64,000 nt of DNA, taken from an uncultured Gemmatimonadales bacterium. GTDB taxonomy: Bacteria; Gemmatimonadota; Gemmatimonadetes; Gemmatimonadales; GWC2-71-9. This document shows, one piece after another, positions 40,327-49,462 of the stretch (positions within the stretch are counted from its first letter, which is position 1; each line of letters opens with the position of its first letter). The position numbers and the translations under genes were made by a program. The stretch lies in the NCBI GenBank assembly GCA_963828735.1, contig CAWHFW010000005.1, forward strand, positions 1,824,001 to 1,888,000. The letters are read 5' to 3'. Under the pieces are notes generated by a model. It was not told the DNA's origin. It ran no database searches and saw nothing but the letters and a program-made list of their open reading frames with translations.

Positions 40327-41001
40327 TTGAAGCTCACGATCTTCGGCGCGACCGGAGGCATCGGCGGTCAGCTCCTCGAGCAGGCGGTCGCCGCGGGTTA
40401 CGAGGTCACCGCCGTCGTGCGCGACCCGAGCAGCCTCGCGCCGAGCCGGAACGGCGTGCGGGTCGTCACGGCCGATCTGGCGGAGGCGGAGCCGGGAGTC
40501 CTCGAGTCGGCCGTGCGCGGCGCGGATGCGGTGCTGTCCGGCGTGGGACCGAGGGCGATGACGAAGGCCGGTGTGGCGGAGCAGGGGACGCGGGCGATCG
40601 TCCACGCGATGGACGCGACCGGCGCCCGGCGGCTCGTCGTGGTCAGCGCGGCGCCGATCTCGACGATGCCATCGCCGCGGCGGCCGCATCCGCCACGCCG
40701 CGATCCGGGTGAGGGGTTCTTCATGCGCACCATGCTCACCCCGTTCGCCCATGCCGTGATGCGCGAGCGGTACGCCGACCTGGCTCAGATGGAGGACGCG
40801 CTACGGGAGAGCGACCTGGACTGGACGATCTTCCGGCCACCGCGGCTCACGAATGGACGGCTGACCGGCTCGTACCGGACGGCGCTCGGGAGGAACCTGC
40901 GAGGAGGCCTGGTCGTCTCGCGGGCGGACGTCGCGCACGCGATGCTGGCCGCGGTGGGCCAGGCCGACACGATCAGACGCGAGGTGGGGATCGCCCGCTG
41001 A
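40327..41001 (+). CDS. NAD(P)H-binding oxidoreductase (atypical SDR, biliverdin/flavin reductase-like)
   Basis: IFGATGGIG, WTIFRPPRL and SRADVA; start is TTG at 40327 or GTG at 40318. Confidence 0.88.
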   Translation: MKLTIFGATGGIGGQLLEQAVAAGYEVTAVVRDPSSLAPSRNGVRVVTADLAEAEPGVLESAVRGADAVLSGVGPRAMTKAGVAEQGTRAIVHAMDATGARRLVVVSAAPISTMPSPRRPHPPRRDPGEGFFMRTMLTPFAHAVMRERYADLAQMEDALRESDLDWTIFRPPRLTNGRLTGSYRTALGRNLRGGLVVSRADVAHAMLAAVGQADTIRREVGIAR

Positions 41002-41135
41002 TCGCTGACCGCGGTCGCAGGGCGTTCAGCTCGCCCGTCTCACGCGCACGGGCCGGGAATACGATGGAACCTGCGCCGTCGGGTTCTGCAACGACCGGCG
41101 ACGGAAGGCGCGTCACCTCAGGGTGCATGCCGGGC

Positions 41136-42487
41136 TCAGGGAAACGGCCGCGGCCTCGGCTCGGGCCATGGCCAGGGATCCACATCGCTGTCCCGTCCCG
41201 CCACGCCGCGGATCGCCGCGGCACGCACCTCCGGGTCCTTCGACTCGAGCAGCTCCGTGAGCCGCTCGCTCCGCTCGCCCGAATGGATCAGCGCCCGCAC
41301 CTGCGCCTTCCGCGCGTCCGCGTCCTGCTCCTTGGCGAGCGCGGCGCGGAGGGCCGGGATGGCGGCCGCCGTCGCCGATCTCCGAGAGCGCCCACGCCGC
41401 TCTCGTGCGCACGTCGGTGTTCGCGTCGTCGACGGCGGCGATCAGGCCCTTCGGCGCCGAGCTCAGGTCGAACTGCCCCAGCGCCCACGCAGCGGTGCCG
41501 CGCACCTCGGCGTTCTTCTCCATCGCCAGCAGCTCGCCGAGCGCGCCCGCGGCCGATGCGTCGCCGTGCTCGCCGAGGGCCCAGACCGCGGTCTCGCGCA
41601 CGCTGTCGTTCGCGTCGTTCCTCGCCGCGGCGAGGAGCGCGTCGGCGCCGCGCTTCGTGTCCATCTCGCCCAGCGCCCAAGCGCACATCTCTCTTACCTC
41701 GGCGTCCTTGTCGGCACGGAGCGCGGCGGCGAGCGCGTCGGCGGCGTCGGCGGCCTCGAGCTGACCCAGCGCCCACGCGGCCGTGCGCCGCACCTCGGCG
41801 ACGGGATCGGTCTTGAGGATCCGAAGTAGGGCGGGGATGGCGCTGGTCGAGTCGAGGTGGCCCAGCGCGCCGGCAGCGGCCTCGCGCACGAGCGACGAGC
41901 TATCGCCGAGCGCGTCGGTCACCGGATGCACGGCGCGGCCGTCGCTCATGCGGCCAAGGGCCCAGATGGCGTTCGCCTTGGTGCCGGCGGAGGGGTCACG
42001 CACGGCGCGGACGAGGGGATCCACCGCGCTCGGCGTCTCGGCCAGGCCGAGGCCGAGCGCCGCGACGCTCCGCATCGCCGAGTCGGGTGACGCGAGGCGC
42101 TGCAGCAGTCCGGGGCCGACCTCATCCCCGCCCTGCGTGCCGAGCAGCCGCACGGCGATCTCGCGGACGCAGGCGTCGCGCGTGGAGAGGCTCTCGAGCA
42201 GGAAGCGCACGTCGTCGGCGGACATGTCGTAGCGGCGATGGCCGCGCGAATGGCGCGGGAGGCGGTGCGTCGCCGAGCGGCGTCACGGGCGCGTCGCTCG
42301 CGCCGCCGCCCCAGCCGTTGCCTACCGCGTCGGCTGCGAGGCCACAGACCTCGGCGGGCGCACCCTGCGCGGCGGCGATGAGGTCGCGGATGTTGTCGGC
42401 CGCGGCGCTCACGATCGTCGAGCCCCAGGGCTCCTTCCACAGCATGCCGAGAATGGCGAAGAGGGCGAAGCCGGCGTTGCGGAGCAT
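41136..42487 (-). CDS. Exported HEAT-repeat protein with PWPWPEPRPRPFP tail (two +1 frameshifts, near 42250 and 41370)
   Basis: Signal-like N-terminus after a GGAGA RBS; about 10 VRxxA(A/V)WALG repeats; removing 2 nt gives a 449-aa ORF. Confidence 0.8.
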
Positions 42488-42496
42488 AGGGTCTCC

Positions 42497-42516
42497 AGTG
42501 GTGAAATTTCAGCACT
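42497..42516. promoter_or_regulatory. Palindromic operator candidate AGTGGTGAAATTTCAGCACT
   Basis: 20-bp near-perfect palindrome directly upstream of the RBS of the HEAT gene; a second copy lies at 45149. Confidence 0.7.
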
Positions 42517-42573
42517 CATGATCATGCGCCGCCGGCGCCGCGAGACCGACATCGTCACGCGGCGGCCGGCAGA

Positions 42574-44694
42574 CTACTCGCGCTCGTGCTCGTCAGGGAA
42601 CGGTCGAGGCTCGGGGCGGGGCCAGGGCCAGGGTCCGGAGGCGCCGCCGCCCGCGAGCTCGGCGACCGCGGTGGCGCGGACCGCGGTATCGGACGAGGTG
42701 ACCAGCCGCTGGAGGACGTCCACCGCGCGGTCACCCATCGCGCCGAGTGCCCGGATGAGGCCGATCCGCACCTCCGCGTCGGTCTCGCGCTTGTAGGCGG
42801 CCTCGATCGCGGCGGTCGCATCGGAGTCGCCGATGTTGTAGAGCGCCCAGGCGGTCGAGAGGCGGACGTCGCGATCGCGATCGCCGAGGGCGGTCAGCAG
42901 GGCGGCGGGCGCCTTCGACGGCTCGCAGCTTCCGATGGACCACGCGGCCACTTCGCGGGTCTCGGCGTTCGCGTCGGTCAGGAGACCGGCCAGCGCCTCG
43001 ACCGCGCTCGCGTCGCCCACCTCGCCCAGCGCCCAGGTCGCAGTCCTGCGCACACTGGAATCCTTGTCCTGGCGCAGCGCCTTCGTCAGCGCGCCGGCGG
43101 CCGCGGAGCTCTCCTCGGCCTCGGCGAGCGACCACGCGGCCATCTCGCGGACGTCGGCGCTCGCGTCGCCAGCCAGAGCCGCGACCAGCGCGTCGACCGC
43201 GACGCGGATATCGCCGTAGTTATGCAGTCCCCACGCGGCGACGCGACGAACTTCGGCGCTCGAGTCGGTGCGAAGCATCTTCGCCAGCACCTCGGCGCGC
43301 TGGTCGGCGTGCGCCGCCGTGTCGGCCGCGAGCGACCGGAGGGTGCCTGCCGCGTCACGCATGGCCTTGTGCACGGGCGCGACGCTCGTCTGGGCTCTGG
43401 TCAGAGCGTTGCTGGCCTCGCGAAGCGACTCGCGCGTCGGTGCGGACAAGGCGCGAGCGCTGGTGGAGTGAACGATGCCGGTGTCGGGATCGGCGGCGTC
43501 GGGATTGGGATCCACGTCGGCGCCGGGCAGCCCGTCGGCGTGCGACGGCCCCGCCGTCGCCTCGGCGCTCGAATCCGCGGCCAGCCCCTGCACGGTGGGC
43601 TCGGAGATGCGCGCCACCGGCGCGGCCGCGCCGACGACGAGCGCCAGCGCGGCGAGCCCGCCGACCAACGCCGCGGTCTGCGCGCGGCCGAGGCTCCGGC
43701 GGCGGAGCTCCGGGTTGAGGATCGCCAGCATGCGTCCCTCGAACTCACGGCGGTGCGCCATGGCGAGCGCGACGGCGGGCGTGTTGTGATCGCGGACGCA
43801 GGTGACGATGTCGAGCAGGTGCTCCGCGTAGTCGCTCGGCCGGGCGCCGAAGATCAGCGCCAGGTCGTCGCACGCGCGCTCGCTCTCCGCGCGGAGGCGG
43901 CGGGCGGCAGTCCAGACGAGGGGATGGAACCAGTAGAGCGCGCAGGCCACGCGGCCGAGCGTGTGGCCGATGAGGTCCCGCCGGCGCACGTGGCCCAGCT
44001 CGTGGATCAGCACGGCGCTGCGGCGCTCGGCGCTCCACTCGTCGCTTTCGGCGGGGAGCACGATGGTCGAGGAGAGGAGGCCGGCGGCGAACGGCATCTT
44101 CACGTCGTCGCTTCGGAGGAGCCGGGGCGCGGCGTCGAGCCCGAGGCGATCGGCGATCTCGTAGAGCGGCGCCCGCCACGACGGGTCGTCGAGCGGACGC
44201 GCGCGGGCGACGATGCGGCGGACGGACCACGCGCCCCAAGCAAGATGGAGTGCGAGCGCCAGGGCGACGGCGGCCCAGACGGCGGCGAGGACGGTGTGCG
44301 GTGAGCGGTCCAGCGGTGAGCGGGTGGTACGCTCGGGCGCGGCCGCGAGCGGGCCTGCGACCGGCGCGTCGGTCGTTGCCGGGGTGCTGACGGAGGAAGG
44401 CGGTGGGTCTGACACAGACGTTCGGACGTCAGCCTCAGCGAAGCGAAGGTGCGAAGCCTCGGCTCCAGACAGGCCCGCCACTTCCTGCGGCAGCACCGGC
44501 AGCGGCAGCGGTGCCCACGCCGCCACGGCCGGCAGCGCCAGTAGCCCGATCAGCGCCACGAGCCACACGAGATGCCGCGAGCCTGCGGAGGCGCGCTGCA
44601 GGAGGAGCGACGCGGCGAGGGCCACGACGAGCAGGCAGGTCGCCTTGAGCAGCAGAACCAGCGCCGGGAACGCGGACGACAGCGTGATGTCCAT
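42574..44694 (-). CDS. BlaR1/MecR1-type M56 metallopeptidase with C-terminal HEAT repeats and PWPWPRPEPRPFP tail
   Basis: TM helices, HELGH zinc motif, YWFHPLVW and ESERACDD, then a TM helix, a low-complexity linker and HEAT repeats. Confidence 0.92.
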   Translation of the reverse strand: MDITLSSAFPALVLLLKATCLLVVALAASLLLQRASAGSRHLVWLVALIGLLALPAVAAWAPLPLPVLPQEVAGLSGAEASHLRFAEADVRTSVSDPPPSSVSTPATTDAPVAGPLAAAPERTTRSPLDRSPHTVLAAVWAAVALALALHLAWGAWSVRRIVARARPLDDPSWRAPLYEIADRLGLDAAPRLLRSDDVKMPFAAGLLSSTIVLPAESDEWSAERRSAVLIHELGHVRRRDLIGHTLGRVACALYWFHPLVWTAARRLRAESERACDDLALIFGARPSDYAEHLLDIVTCVRDHNTPAVALAMAHRREFEGRMLAILNPELRRRSLGRAQTAALVGGLAALALVVGAAAPVARISEPTVQGLAADSSAEATAGPSHADGLPGADVDPNPDAADPDTGIVHSTSARALSAPTRESLREASNALTRAQTSVAPVHKAMRDAAGTLRSLAADTAAHADQRAEVLAKMLRTDSSAEVRRVAAWGLHNYGDIRVAVDALVAALAGDASADVREMAAWSLAEAEESSAAAGALTKALRQDKDSSVRRTATWALGEVGDASAVEALAGLLTDANAETREVAAWSIGSCEPSKAPAALLTALGDRDRDVRLSTAWALYNIGDSDATAAIEAAYKRETDAEVRIGLIRALGAMGDRAVDVLQRLVTSSDTAVRATAVAELAGGGASGPWPWPRPEPRPFPDEHERE

Positions 44695-44702
44695 GACGTC
44701 CT

Positions 44703-45095
44703 CTACCTCCCGCTCAGCCGCGCGCGCCGGATCTTGTCGCGCAAGCGGGCGAGCTCGGCGTCATCCATGTCGGCGTCCGAGAGCCGGAGGAGGGCGGTGA
44801 CGGCCTGCTCGGTGGACCCGGCGAAGTAGGTGTGGACGACGTGGGCGAGCACGTCGTCGCGGGCCTTGTCGGTCGGCTTCGCGGGGGCGTAGACGTAGCG
44901 CGGGCCGTCCTCCTTGTGCGCGATCAGGCCCTTCTCGCCGAGGATCCGGAGGATGGAGCGGACGGCGGAATAGGTCGGCGGGTCGGGGAGCGCCTGCAGG
45001 ATCTCGGCAACGGTGGACTCGCCGCGGCGGTGGAGGATCTCCATGACCTGGCGCTCGCGGCGGCTCAAGTCTTCGGTGGGTGGGCGCTTGGGCAT
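44703..45095 (-). CDS. BlaI/MecI/CopY family transcriptional repressor
   Basis: LSRRERQVMEIL, TYSAVRSILRILGEKG, RYVYAP and YFAGS. Confidence 0.92.
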   Translation of the reverse strand: MPKRPPTEDLSRRERQVMEILHRRGESTVAEILQALPDPPTYSAVRSILRILGEKGLIAHKEDGPRYVYAPAKPTDKARDDVLAHVVHTYFAGSTEQAVTALLRLSDADMDDAELARLRDKIRRARLSGR

Positions 45096-45148
45096 GGTCG
45101 CTGACCGTCTCGGGACGTTGTGATTCATGGCCGGCAGGGGCCGACTCG

Positions 45149-45184
45149 TGTGCTGATATTTCAACACTCAAGAGGAAATGTCAA
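45149..45184 (-). promoter_or_regulatory. Sigma70-type promoter (TTGACA -35) with palindromic operator over the -10 region
   Basis: Minus strand reads TTGACA tttcctcttg AGTGTTGAAATATCAGCACA. Confidence 0.7.
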
Positions 45185-45325
45185 GAGTCCGAGCGGGAGG
45201 TCTGATCCTTCAATCGAATTTGTGCGAGCTCGCGGATTGTTCTCAAAGCCTTCGCGCACATGGCTCCCACGCGGCCTTCCGTCATGGACTGGAGCGGCAT
45301 GAGACCTGGGCCGGGCCGCGCAGGG

Positions 45326-45811
45326 TCATCGGCTCCGGCCGCCCGGCGGCGTGGGCCGGTCTGCGTCGCGCCGCCGCGGATCGACCACGCGCGTTGGCTC
45401 CGACTGGTCCCGGCGACTCGTCGGCCACGAGATCGGCGCGGGTGGCAACGGCGGCGCGCCCTCGGCAGCTCCGCTGCTCACCGAACCGTGCGCCAGCTCC
45501 CCAGCGGCCTCGACCTCGCGGCTCCAGCGCCAGGTGAGCGCCAGCAGCAGCGGCGGACCCGCCACCCACATGACGAGCGCGACGAGCGACGTGCTGCCGG
45601 ACCACAGCACCTTGGCGTCCTGCGCGATCGTCAGGTGCAGCATCAGGTCCTGCAGGCCGGCGGAAATGGCACCGTGCCCGGGCGGCAGGCGGCTCACCCA
45701 CCATGCGGCGAGGACGGCGGAGCCGAGCTTGACGGCGGCGAGACCGAGCCAGTACGCCGCGTTCAGCAACGCGATGTGAAGCGGCCGGAGCCGCGAGAGT
45801 GACCAGCGCAT
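45326..45811 (-). CDS. Hypothetical membrane protein
   Basis: 2-3 hydrophobic helices; GGAGG RBS before the ATG at 45811. Confidence 0.55.
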   Translation of the reverse strand: MRWSLSRLRPLHIALLNAAYWLGLAAVKLGSAVLAAWWVSRLPPGHGAISAGLQDLMLHLTIAQDAKVLWSGSTSLVALVMWVAGPPLLLALTWRWSREVEAAGELAHGSVSSGAAEGAPPLPPAPISWPTSRRDQSEPTRVVDPRRRDADRPTPPGGRSR

Positions 45812-45957
45812 GGAGCCTCCCTGCATTCTTCAAACCTGTCGCCTTGGGCCAGGCGGGTACGATGCGGCGCCGAAACCTCCAGGCAACATACGAGGCCAGC
45901 CCGCAGGGAGTTCTGCCTATGCCGCTGTCAGGACGCCACGAGCGCCGCCCGACACCA

Positions 45958-47637
45958 TCAACGGGTGCCCGCCGGTCCGATGTCCGACAGATATCGCGTC
46001 AGAGCATCGGTGGACAGCGGCTGCCCAGTGGCGCGCCGAATCTTCTCCGGCCACGGGATCGACGCCCCCGGCGCGTAGAAATGCTGGGTAAGCCACCCCG
46101 CCACTCGCGGCTCCTGTGTGAGATCCTCGACCCCGAACTGCTTTCGCATCGCCTCGCGGAGCTGGGCGGCGATCATGTCGGCGTACAGGTACGACTGGAA
46201 GTAGAGCGGCGTCGTCGCAAGCATGTCGCGCGTGCCGACGAAGTCGCCCGGCGGGAGATCGACGCCGACGAACCGACGGTAGGTCGCCGCGTACAACGAA
46301 TCGAGATCGGCGCCCGGCCGCTGGTAGTGCGTGACCTCGAAATAGGCGTTGAGCGCGATGGTGCGGCGAAGCCAGAGAAGGAGCTGCATCTTGCCAACGC
46401 GCTCGAGCGCGGCCGCGCGGTCCGCCGGCTGGTGGGCCGCCCGCTCAAGCCAGTGACGGTCATAGGCCAGGTGGCCCAGCGTTTCGGCCAGCCCCTCGCT
46501 GAGTGGGGTCTCATCGCCGCGGAGGAACGCGGCCGGCAGGTCCGGCCGCATGAGCACCGCATTCGCGGCATGGCCGTACTCGTGGAAGAGCGTCGCGTAG
46601 AAATGGGAGCCGTTGAACGGGTTGGTCAGCAGGCGCGCCTCGAACGCCGGTCGAACCGGGAAGGTGACACCGCCGGTCGGCACGTCCCACACCTTGACGT
46701 CGATCGGCAGACTGTCGTACGCGTACCCGATGCCGCGCATCAGATCCCGCAGGCGCGCCAGGCCCTCCGCCTTGGGCCAGGCGTCCGTGCCCGCGGCCTC
46801 CTCCTGGCGGTGCAGCCAGTAGTCGATGTCCCACGGCTCGAGGCGCTCGACGCCGAGATCCCGGCGCGCCCGGTCGAGCAGCGCGAGATACGAGGCGCGC
46901 GTGGACTGCTCGAAGGCGTCCAGGTCCCTGAGGACCTGGCCCGACTCGAGGCTCGAATTGACCAGCCCCGCCGCTGCACCGTTGGCGAAGCCCTCCGACC
47001 GCCCGATCCGATCGTAGAGTCCCATCGTCTTCACCATCGCGGCGCGGGTGTGCGCGGAGACCTGCGGCCGCGCCCGGAAGGCCGCCTCACGGAGCGAGCG
47101 GTCGGCACTGCTGTCGATGAGCCCGGTGAGCGCCGTGACCGTGAGCTGCGTGCCGCGGAACTCGAAGCGGAAGGCGGTCACGGTGTCCTGCAGCGCGGCC
47201 TGCTGGTCCACCAGCGCGAGCGCGAGGCGGGGATCCGCCCGCGAGACCAGGAAGTCGCGATGGTGCAGCTCGAGCCGTCGCGCGAGGGTGCTGTCGGCCA
47301 CCTTGCCGCGCCACCGGTCGATTACGGCAGCGTAGTCGCGCCGGGTCAGCACGTCCGTCACGAGGCGTGCGAAGGGCGCCGCGTAGTGGTGCGCCTCGCC
47401 CTTCCACTGGTAGTAAGCCTCAAGGACGTTCGCCTCGAAGAGCATCAGCTCCTGCGCCTCCAGCTCGTCGAGGAAGCGGCCCAGCTGGGGCTCGGTTCGG
47501 ACGGCTGGCGGCGGCCCGCCGAGGGTCAGCCGGGCCGGCGAGGTCGCGGGAACCTGGGCGGCGACCCGGCCGACCAAGCCGGCCATCGCAAGAAGGGCGC
47601 ACGAGAACGAGAGCCGAAGCGGACGGCTATGGGGCAT
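45958..47637 (-). CDS. Secreted gluzincin metallopeptidase (M3/M2/M32-like)
   Basis: HEYGH plus downstream SEGLAE, PWDIDY and YFQSYLYA; signal peptide. Confidence 0.82.
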   Translation of the reverse strand: MPHSRPLRLSFSCALLAMAGLVGRVAAQVPATSPARLTLGGPPPAVRTEPQLGRFLDELEAQELMLFEANVLEAYYQWKGEAHHYAAPFARLVTDVLTRRDYAAVIDRWRGKVADSTLARRLELHHRDFLVSRADPRLALALVDQQAALQDTVTAFRFEFRGTQLTVTALTGLIDSSADRSLREAAFRARPQVSAHTRAAMVKTMGLYDRIGRSEGFANGAAAGLVNSSLESGQVLRDLDAFEQSTRASYLALLDRARRDLGVERLEPWDIDYWLHRQEEAAGTDAWPKAEGLARLRDLMRGIGYAYDSLPIDVKVWDVPTGGVTFPVRPAFEARLLTNPFNGSHFYATLFHEYGHAANAVLMRPDLPAAFLRGDETPLSEGLAETLGHLAYDRHWLERAAHQPADRAAALERVGKMQLLLWLRRTIALNAYFEVTHYQRPGADLDSLYAATYRRFVGVDLPPGDFVGTRDMLATTPLYFQSYLYADMIAAQLREAMRKQFGVEDLTQEPRVAGWLTQHFYAPGASIPWPEKIRRATGQPLSTDALTRYLSDIGPAGTR

Positions 47638-47766
47638 GAAGGCGCTCTGTGGTCGATGGGGGACTGGTAGTATCACATGCTGACGGACGCCTGTCGAGCG
47701 ACCGGAGGCACCACCTGCACATCACCGCCGCCAGCGCCTGAGCCAATGCCTGTGCACCTCGCACCG

Positions 47767-49038
47767 TCAAGGTTGCGCCTGTGCCGCGGCGATTCCCGCG
47801 GCGCGCCCCGTCGCCCAGGCCCAGAGGAAGTTGTACCCGCCGATGGGCCCGAACGCGTCGAGCACCTCGCCGCAGATGTAGAGGGCGGAGGATCGGCGAC
47901 TCTCCAGCGTCCGCGGGTCCACCTCTGCCAGGCTGACCCCACCACCCGTCACCTCCGCCTTCTTGTATCCCTCGTCGCCGGACCAGGGCAGCTCGCCCAT
48001 CGTGAGCGTCTCGACCAGGCGGTTTCGCTCTTCCCTGCGGAGTTGGGCGAGCGTGGTCGCCGGCGCCACGCCTGCGGCCGCCATTAGGGCGTCGGCCAGC
48101 CGCTCCGGAAGCGCACGTCGGATCACGCCGCCCACGCTTCGTGTCCCCTCGGCGCGGAGCGCCCGGGCCCACCCGTCCTCGTCGAGCGCGGACCACTTGA
48201 CCCTGAGCCGCGCCGAGCGTGGCCCGGTTTCGCCATCCCGTGTGATCACGTGCGAGACGTCGAGCACCGAGGGACCGCTGTAGCCGTGGTGGGTGAACAG
48301 GAAGCCGCCGGTCGCGGTGGCGTGTCGCGCGTCCGAGCGCGCGGTGACCGTTACGGGTAGCGAAACGCCGGCAAGCGACGCGAACACGCCTGCGGCGTCC
48401 GTGACCGGCGTCAGCGCGGCGTAGGTCGGGTGCAGAACGTGGCCGAGGCGCCGGAGGATCGCGAGCCCGGTCCCGTCGCTACCGGTCTTCGGCACCGAGA
48501 GCCCGCCGGCCGCCATGACGACGGCGTCCACCTCCAGCGGAGCGGCACCGTCCGAGAGCACCCGCCAGCCGTTCTCGCTCGGGAGCAGATCGGTGACCAG
48601 CATGTTCGGCAGAAATCGGGCGCCCCGCCGCGCGGCGAGGGTCAGCAAGCCGTCCCGCACGTCGCGAGCGCGGTTCGAGGCCGGGAAGAGCTTCGCGGTC
48701 TCCTCTTCCTCGACCAACCGCATCCCCAGCTCGCGCTCGAAGAAGGCGATCTGCTCGGCGAGCGGCCACGACCGGAGGATCTTGCGGAGGGAGTTCGGGG
48801 ACGAGTCGGTGACGAAGCGGCGCTCGTCCACGCGCGCCGGGAGGATGTTGCAGCGGCCGCCGCCGCTGATGAGGATCTTCCGGCCGCCGTCGGCGGTGCG
48901 CTCGAGGAGCAGGGTTTCCGCGCCGTGGGTCGCGGCGAAGATCGCGGCGAGGGTTCCGGCGGCGCCCGCGCCGATGACGGCGACGCGTCGGCGCGTCGCG
49001 GCCGCGTGAGAGCCCCGGCCTGTGACGTGCTCGTGCAT
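47767..49038 (-). CDS. HI0933/BaiN family FAD-dependent oxidoreductase
   Basis: GAGAAG, KILISGGGRCN, FTHHGYSGP, VTGGGV and GPIGGYN. Confidence 0.92.
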   Translation of the reverse strand: MHEHVTGRGSHAAATRRRVAVIGAGAAGTLAAIFAATHGAETLLLERTADGGRKILISGGGRCNILPARVDERRFVTDSSPNSLRKILRSWPLAEQIAFFERELGMRLVEEEETAKLFPASNRARDVRDGLLTLAARRGARFLPNMLVTDLLPSENGWRVLSDGAAPLEVDAVVMAAGGLSVPKTGSDGTGLAILRRLGHVLHPTYAALTPVTDAAGVFASLAGVSLPVTVTARSDARHATATGGFLFTHHGYSGPSVLDVSHVITRDGETGPRSARLRVKWSALDEDGWARALRAEGTRSVGGVIRRALPERLADALMAAAGVAPATTLAQLRREERNRLVETLTMGELPWSGDEGYKKAEVTGGGVSLAEVDPRTLESRRSSALYICGEVLDAFGPIGGYNFLWAWATGRAAGIAAAQAQP

Positions 49039-49053
49039 GCGAGGCGGCCCGGC

Positions 49054-49422
49054 TCAGCCGCTGCCCGGCACGTCTTCCAGCCTGGAGAAGACTGCCAACC
49101 CGCGATCCCGGGCGATGCGCACCATCAGGTCGGCTCCCTGCGACGCGCCGCCGACCCGGAGCACAGCGTCGCACCGGGCCAACAGCCGCTCCGCGATCGG
49201 GTGGAAGATCTCGTCGAACGCGGCGTCTCCCACCCGCTGCGAGCCCGCCAGCGTGACGAGCGGGAGGGCGAGCCATTCGCCGACGACCGGAACATGCCCG
49301 GCCCGAAACAGCGGAAGCGCGACGGCCTCCATCGCGCGCAGATTCTCCGCCAGCCTGGCCGGATCATCGCCGGTGCCCGAGCGGTATGGTCCCGCCACGA
49401 GAATCATGAGGGATGCTTGCAT
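49054..49422 (-). CDS. DUF4406-like protein (nucleoside deoxyribosyltransferase-like fold)
   Basis: ILVAGPYRSG, GHVPVVGEW and CDAVLRVGGASQGAD. Confidence 0.7.
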   Translation of the reverse strand: MQASLMILVAGPYRSGTGDDPARLAENLRAMEAVALPLFRAGHVPVVGEWLALPLVTLAGSQRVGDAAFDEIFHPIAERLLARCDAVLRVGGASQGADLMVRIARDRGLAVFSRLEDVPGSG

Positions 49423-49462
49423 GGTATCGCCGGGACCTCGTGGTCGCGCAGGTTGTGAGCCA

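Noticed and set aside
41380..43260. Periodic CCCAGCGCCCA-like nucleotide repeats as a possible CRISPR or tandem array
   Set aside because: Explained by the WALG codons of HEAT repeats; no fixed repeat-spacer structure and no cas genes.
42574..45095. Beta-lactam resistance locus
   Set aside because: No penicillin-binding (SxxK) sensor domain and no adjacent beta-lactamase or PBP; the MBL-fold gene at 25.9 kb is NAPE-PLD-like.
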